Position numbers and translations under genes: made by a program. This document shows, one piece after another, positions 8,922 to 11,764 of a stretch of 11,764 nt of DNA; the stretch's first letter is position 1, and every line of letters starts with the position of its first letter. Source of the stretch: Selaginella moellendorffii. Its lineage: Eukaryota > Plantae > Lycopodiophyta. The stretch lies in the NCBI RefSeq assembly GCF_000143415.4, contig NW_003314301.1, positions 152,411 through 164,174 on the forward strand, in the 5' to 3' direction. The notes beneath the pieces are model-generated. The model ran no database searches and was not told where the DNA came from. It saw only the letters and a program-made list of their open reading frames with translations.

Positions 8922-9723
8922 TTAGTCACATGTACATATTAGTGTGGAGTTCATTCCATCATAGACACAATATCTTGGTATTTCTACCATAACATCACCA
9001 ATATATACCATCCTTAATCTTCTCCCCAAAAATATTGAGTTTTCAAGTGTCCTGGGAATTAATAAGTTTTGCAATGGATTTATATAATTTGAACTTATTT
9101 CATATAGCAGAGGTGAGCTTAACTGATAGCATTGGTCAGAATATAAACTGTCATATCTGCGATCATATATTCTCCCTCTTGGAATTAATCTTTTATCTAT
9201 ATTGAATGTCCTTGTAATATTATTTCCAGAGACAACTATATTTCCAATATAATAAGAACAACTAGTATCATAAATTTCAACTTTTAATGAACAGAAATCA
9301 AGGCATTGGCCTTGAACAGTTAATCCACTTTGAAATTCATTACGGAAAGCTTCTTTAGAAACAGAACCTCCTGTTGATTGTTCAAAATAATATGAAAAAT
9401 CTTCATAAATACCAATTTTAATAGGATAACTTGATATGCAAACTCCAGAACTTGCTTCATTCACTTTGATATTATAAGAACACTAAGCAAAGAAAATTTT
9501 AGAACTCAGAAAAATAAAATGAAATATCTAACATAATCACCTGTCTTGAACACTGTGGACAAATTATACTCTTTGGACCACTTACTGGTGCTACATATAA
9601 GCATGTATCAGGGATAATAACATTAACTTGGTTCCCAACTCTAACTATTTTAGTGCCATTAGGAGGTGATTGAGATAAAACAGATAATGGAATAACAAAG
9701 AGAGCCAAAATTATTTGTAACAT
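8922..9723 (-). CDS. Two-exon (9723-9541, 9482-8922) 247-aa secreted Cys-rich protein with a divergent plant-type PLAT/LH2 (ATS3-like) domain
   Basis: Hydrophobic signal peptide MLQIILALFVIPLSVLS. Removing the GT-AG segment 9540-9483 joins ...CPQCSRQ to CSYNIKVNEASS... in frame. The core pattern CSYNIKV...IKIGIY...FQSGLTVQGQCLDFCSLKV...YYIGNIVVSG...TFNIDKRL...DQC parallels the recalled plant PLAT/ATS3 consensus (CxYxIxV...IxLxI...FE.G..D.F...GPCL...CxL...WY...V.V...F.V..WL...C). N-glycosylation sequons NGT, NIT and NST are present. Confidence 0.8.
9483..9540 (-). other. 58-nt phase-0 spliceosomal intron
   Basis: CAG|GTGATT donor, U-rich body, TTTTCTTTGCTTAG| acceptor. Removal eliminates the stop codon and restores one continuous frame. 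Confidence 0.8.
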
Positions 9724-9757
9724 TTTTAGTCAATGATCTAAGGCCTAAGGCTTAGAT

Positions 9758-9766
9758 TATTTATAG
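9758..9766 (-). promoter_or_regulatory. TATA box (CTATAAATA) of the PLAT-like gene
   Basis: Consensus TATA 35 bp upstream of ATG 9723, with an A-rich start context (CTAAAAATG). Confidence 0.5.
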
Positions 9767-9939
9767 ATGAATTTTAGTTGTTCAGATTTTCTACTTGTGA
9801 ATCATATCAAAAAATTATAGCTTTACCTAAATAAATTTGAAAAATGTATACATAAAATCTTGAAATTATTCACATAATTCATCAAATGCTACTTTCAATG
9901 ACATTAAAAAGATTTAGATATTAGAGTTTTTTACATAGT

Positions 9940-10642
9940 CATAGAGGGAGGTAGGGTTATAATATGAGTTTTTGTGCTCATAAGAGTTAGTTGTTTTAAA
10001 TCTAGCTCTCTATTCATTGCATTATTGTGCTATTAATCATTCTCACTAACCTGGTCCTCCTTCAATTTGATTAAATATTTGACTTTTTTACCGTTATTAG
10101 ATGACTACACACACTTTCTCCTCTAAATGTTATTATTAGCAAGTAGTAGTTTAAGGTTCTTGCTATCCTTGACTTGAAATACCAGGATCATAAACTTTAT
10201 TATTTGGTCAACTGGCTTGGGTATCCTCTTAGTGATCATATTTGAGAGCTTTCTTCTCATTTTGCTCATGCTTTTAAGTTGATTACAGATATCCATTTAA
10301 GTTTTTTCTTACATCACTTCAGTTGCCGTGTGATTTGTGATATTATAGGAGGGAATGATGTCATATCATTCGCTCCATTGATCATGGTAGAAATCAACCC
10401 CATACCTTGAGTTATGGGATTTGTACTCAAGACCTACTATACACATGAATAAGCATCTAGGATAAGCATAGATTCATGTCTTATTAGGTTTCTAGATTAG
10501 CTTCAGATTAATTTTCAAAGCCCTTATAAAAGTAGATTTTGAGGAATTTATACTCAAAATGTTTAATATAATCCAATATGTTTTTTCTTCATTTTTTTAA
10601 TATTTTTTATCATCTCCCCTCCTCTTTGGCAGTCGTATATCA
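9940..10642 (+). mobile_element. 3' end of a chromovirus (Ty3/gypsy): integrase C-terminus, chromodomain, PPT and 3' LTR
   Basis: Chromodomain remnant at 10150-10305. Purine tract AGGAGGGAATGA at 10347-10358 directly followed by TGTCA. Putative LTR 10359-10642 with CTTATAAAAG and a CA end. The left boundary is approximate. Confidence 0.8.
10150..10305 (+). pseudogene. Integrase-associated chromodomain
   Basis: FKVLAILDLKYQDHKLYYLVNWLGYPLSDHI*ELSSHFAHAFKLITDIH matches the chromodomain consensus (EVE.ILD.R.....L.YLV.W.GY....TWEP..L..A..LI.DF). The conserved Trp has become TGA at 10243-10245. Confidence 0.85.
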
Positions 10643-10649
10643 TTCTTTC

Positions 10650-11764
10650 TAAGCTATATAACACCTAGAATAACATAAGTGGCTCAACTATGAGAAAGGT
10701 GATGGTAAACTTTTTCATGAAAAGAATCTATGCAATAACATGAGCAACAACAAATATATTTTTAAGATCAAGTGCAAAAAGAAAATGAATGTGATTAATG
10801 AGGATGAAGGCTATAGTTGACAAAGATGGAGTATGATACATTAAATAGTGTTAAGAATTATTATCAGCAAACTTAGTAAAAGGAAGGAGATCAACCCAAT
10901 CATTCTATTGATGGGAAATAAAACATCAAAAATACTACTCAAGAGTTTGAATAGTATACTCTAATTGAGGATGTTGAAAAGTTGATAGTTTGAGGATGTT
11001 AGGAAATTGACAATTTGCTTTTAACATGAAAGAAGGAAAGAAACTAATGCCAAAATGTGAAAATAAAGTAAGGCCTTCGACTAGTGATAATATCATTTAG
11101 CAATCCATAAAAGTGAAAAATCTCCTTTTAAATAAACTTAGCCAACTACTCTCCATTAATTGTCTTATGGCATATAAGAAATGTGCTTTTTTGGAAAACC
11201 AGTTGACCAAAACAAGAATATTGTGAATGGGGTTTTTCATATTTCATCTCTAAAAAACTATAGAGTTTGATTTTAATGTGCTCAAAATTGGGAAAGAGCA
11301 TGGGGTGTTGGGGAGGTGGTGACAAAGGGAAGGATCAATAGAATTAAATTTTAGTTTAATGCAATAAAAATCCATGTTACTCACTCTATAAACATGTGCT
11401 CCCAGTCCTTATGGTTGTAAACTTAATACCTTATTTATGGTCTCTAGCCTCATCTCTCCTATATGATTGAGTCTACCGATGTGAGGGACTTTAGTCAATT
11501 ATGAAATTAATAAAGGTAGATCACTCTCACTTGATCTCCATCCATATAGCACTTGTAGTTTCCCAAATATTTAAAGAGCTTTAAAGATGTATAGTCTTGG
11601 ATCCTATAGTGCAGTGAACTAAAACAAAGACACTCTAAAATCCTTGTAAAGGTGGAGAATTGGTAAGGAAATTCATAAATTTCCATAGGCTTGGAGCAAG
11701 AGAAAGAGGTTGAAGGAGACTAGATAGAGCATGTTAAGGTATTTGGGTTTGCTAATATATATCA
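10650..11764 (-). mobile_element. pol: Decayed Ty3/gypsy pol fragment (end of RNase H to integrase core)
   Basis: Minus-strand translation across stops and frameshifts gives LVNWFSKKAHF...KTINGE*LAKFI*KEIFHFYGLLNDIITSR...FWH...LSIS*HPQT...QTLE*YF*CFISHQ*NDWVDLLPFTKFADNNS, matching the rve integrase consensus. HALSS (cf. DALSR) occurs near 11730. Confidence 0.85.

Overview
AT-rich eukaryotic DNA, most likely a non-seed land plant such as a moss. That host call is an inference from the chromodomain-bearing Ty3/gypsy remnants, the tRNA-iMet primer binding sites and the plant-type domains. Heavily decayed LTR retrotransposon fragments occupy about 2.9-6.4 kb and 9.9-11.8 kb, and there is a 100-N scaffold gap at 5817-5916. 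Around them lie a few compact, intact minus-strand genes. (1) Two tandem, intronless paralogues (405-953 and 1212-1766; ~72% identical over the 111-aa core by manual count) have a C-x2-C-x11-GL-x5-H-x12-H-x9-EL core that looks like the zf-XS zinc finger of the RNA-silencing factor SGS3, but lack its XS and coiled-coil domains. (2) A short or possibly decayed third gene starts at 2453. (3) A two-exon gene (9723-8922, 58-nt intron, split in two by the ORF track) encodes a 247-aa secreted protein with a divergent plant-type PLAT/LH2-like core between two copies of a small Cys motif. Three of these ORFs have TATAAATA 35-53 bp from the ATG, and the two paralogues share TGACA-based upstream elements. 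One hypothesis is an endogenised DNA-virus or cargo island carrying host-derived immune and silencing modulators, but no viral hallmark gene is visible in this window. All domain calls were made by eye from recalled family consensus and need HMM or structure confirmation.
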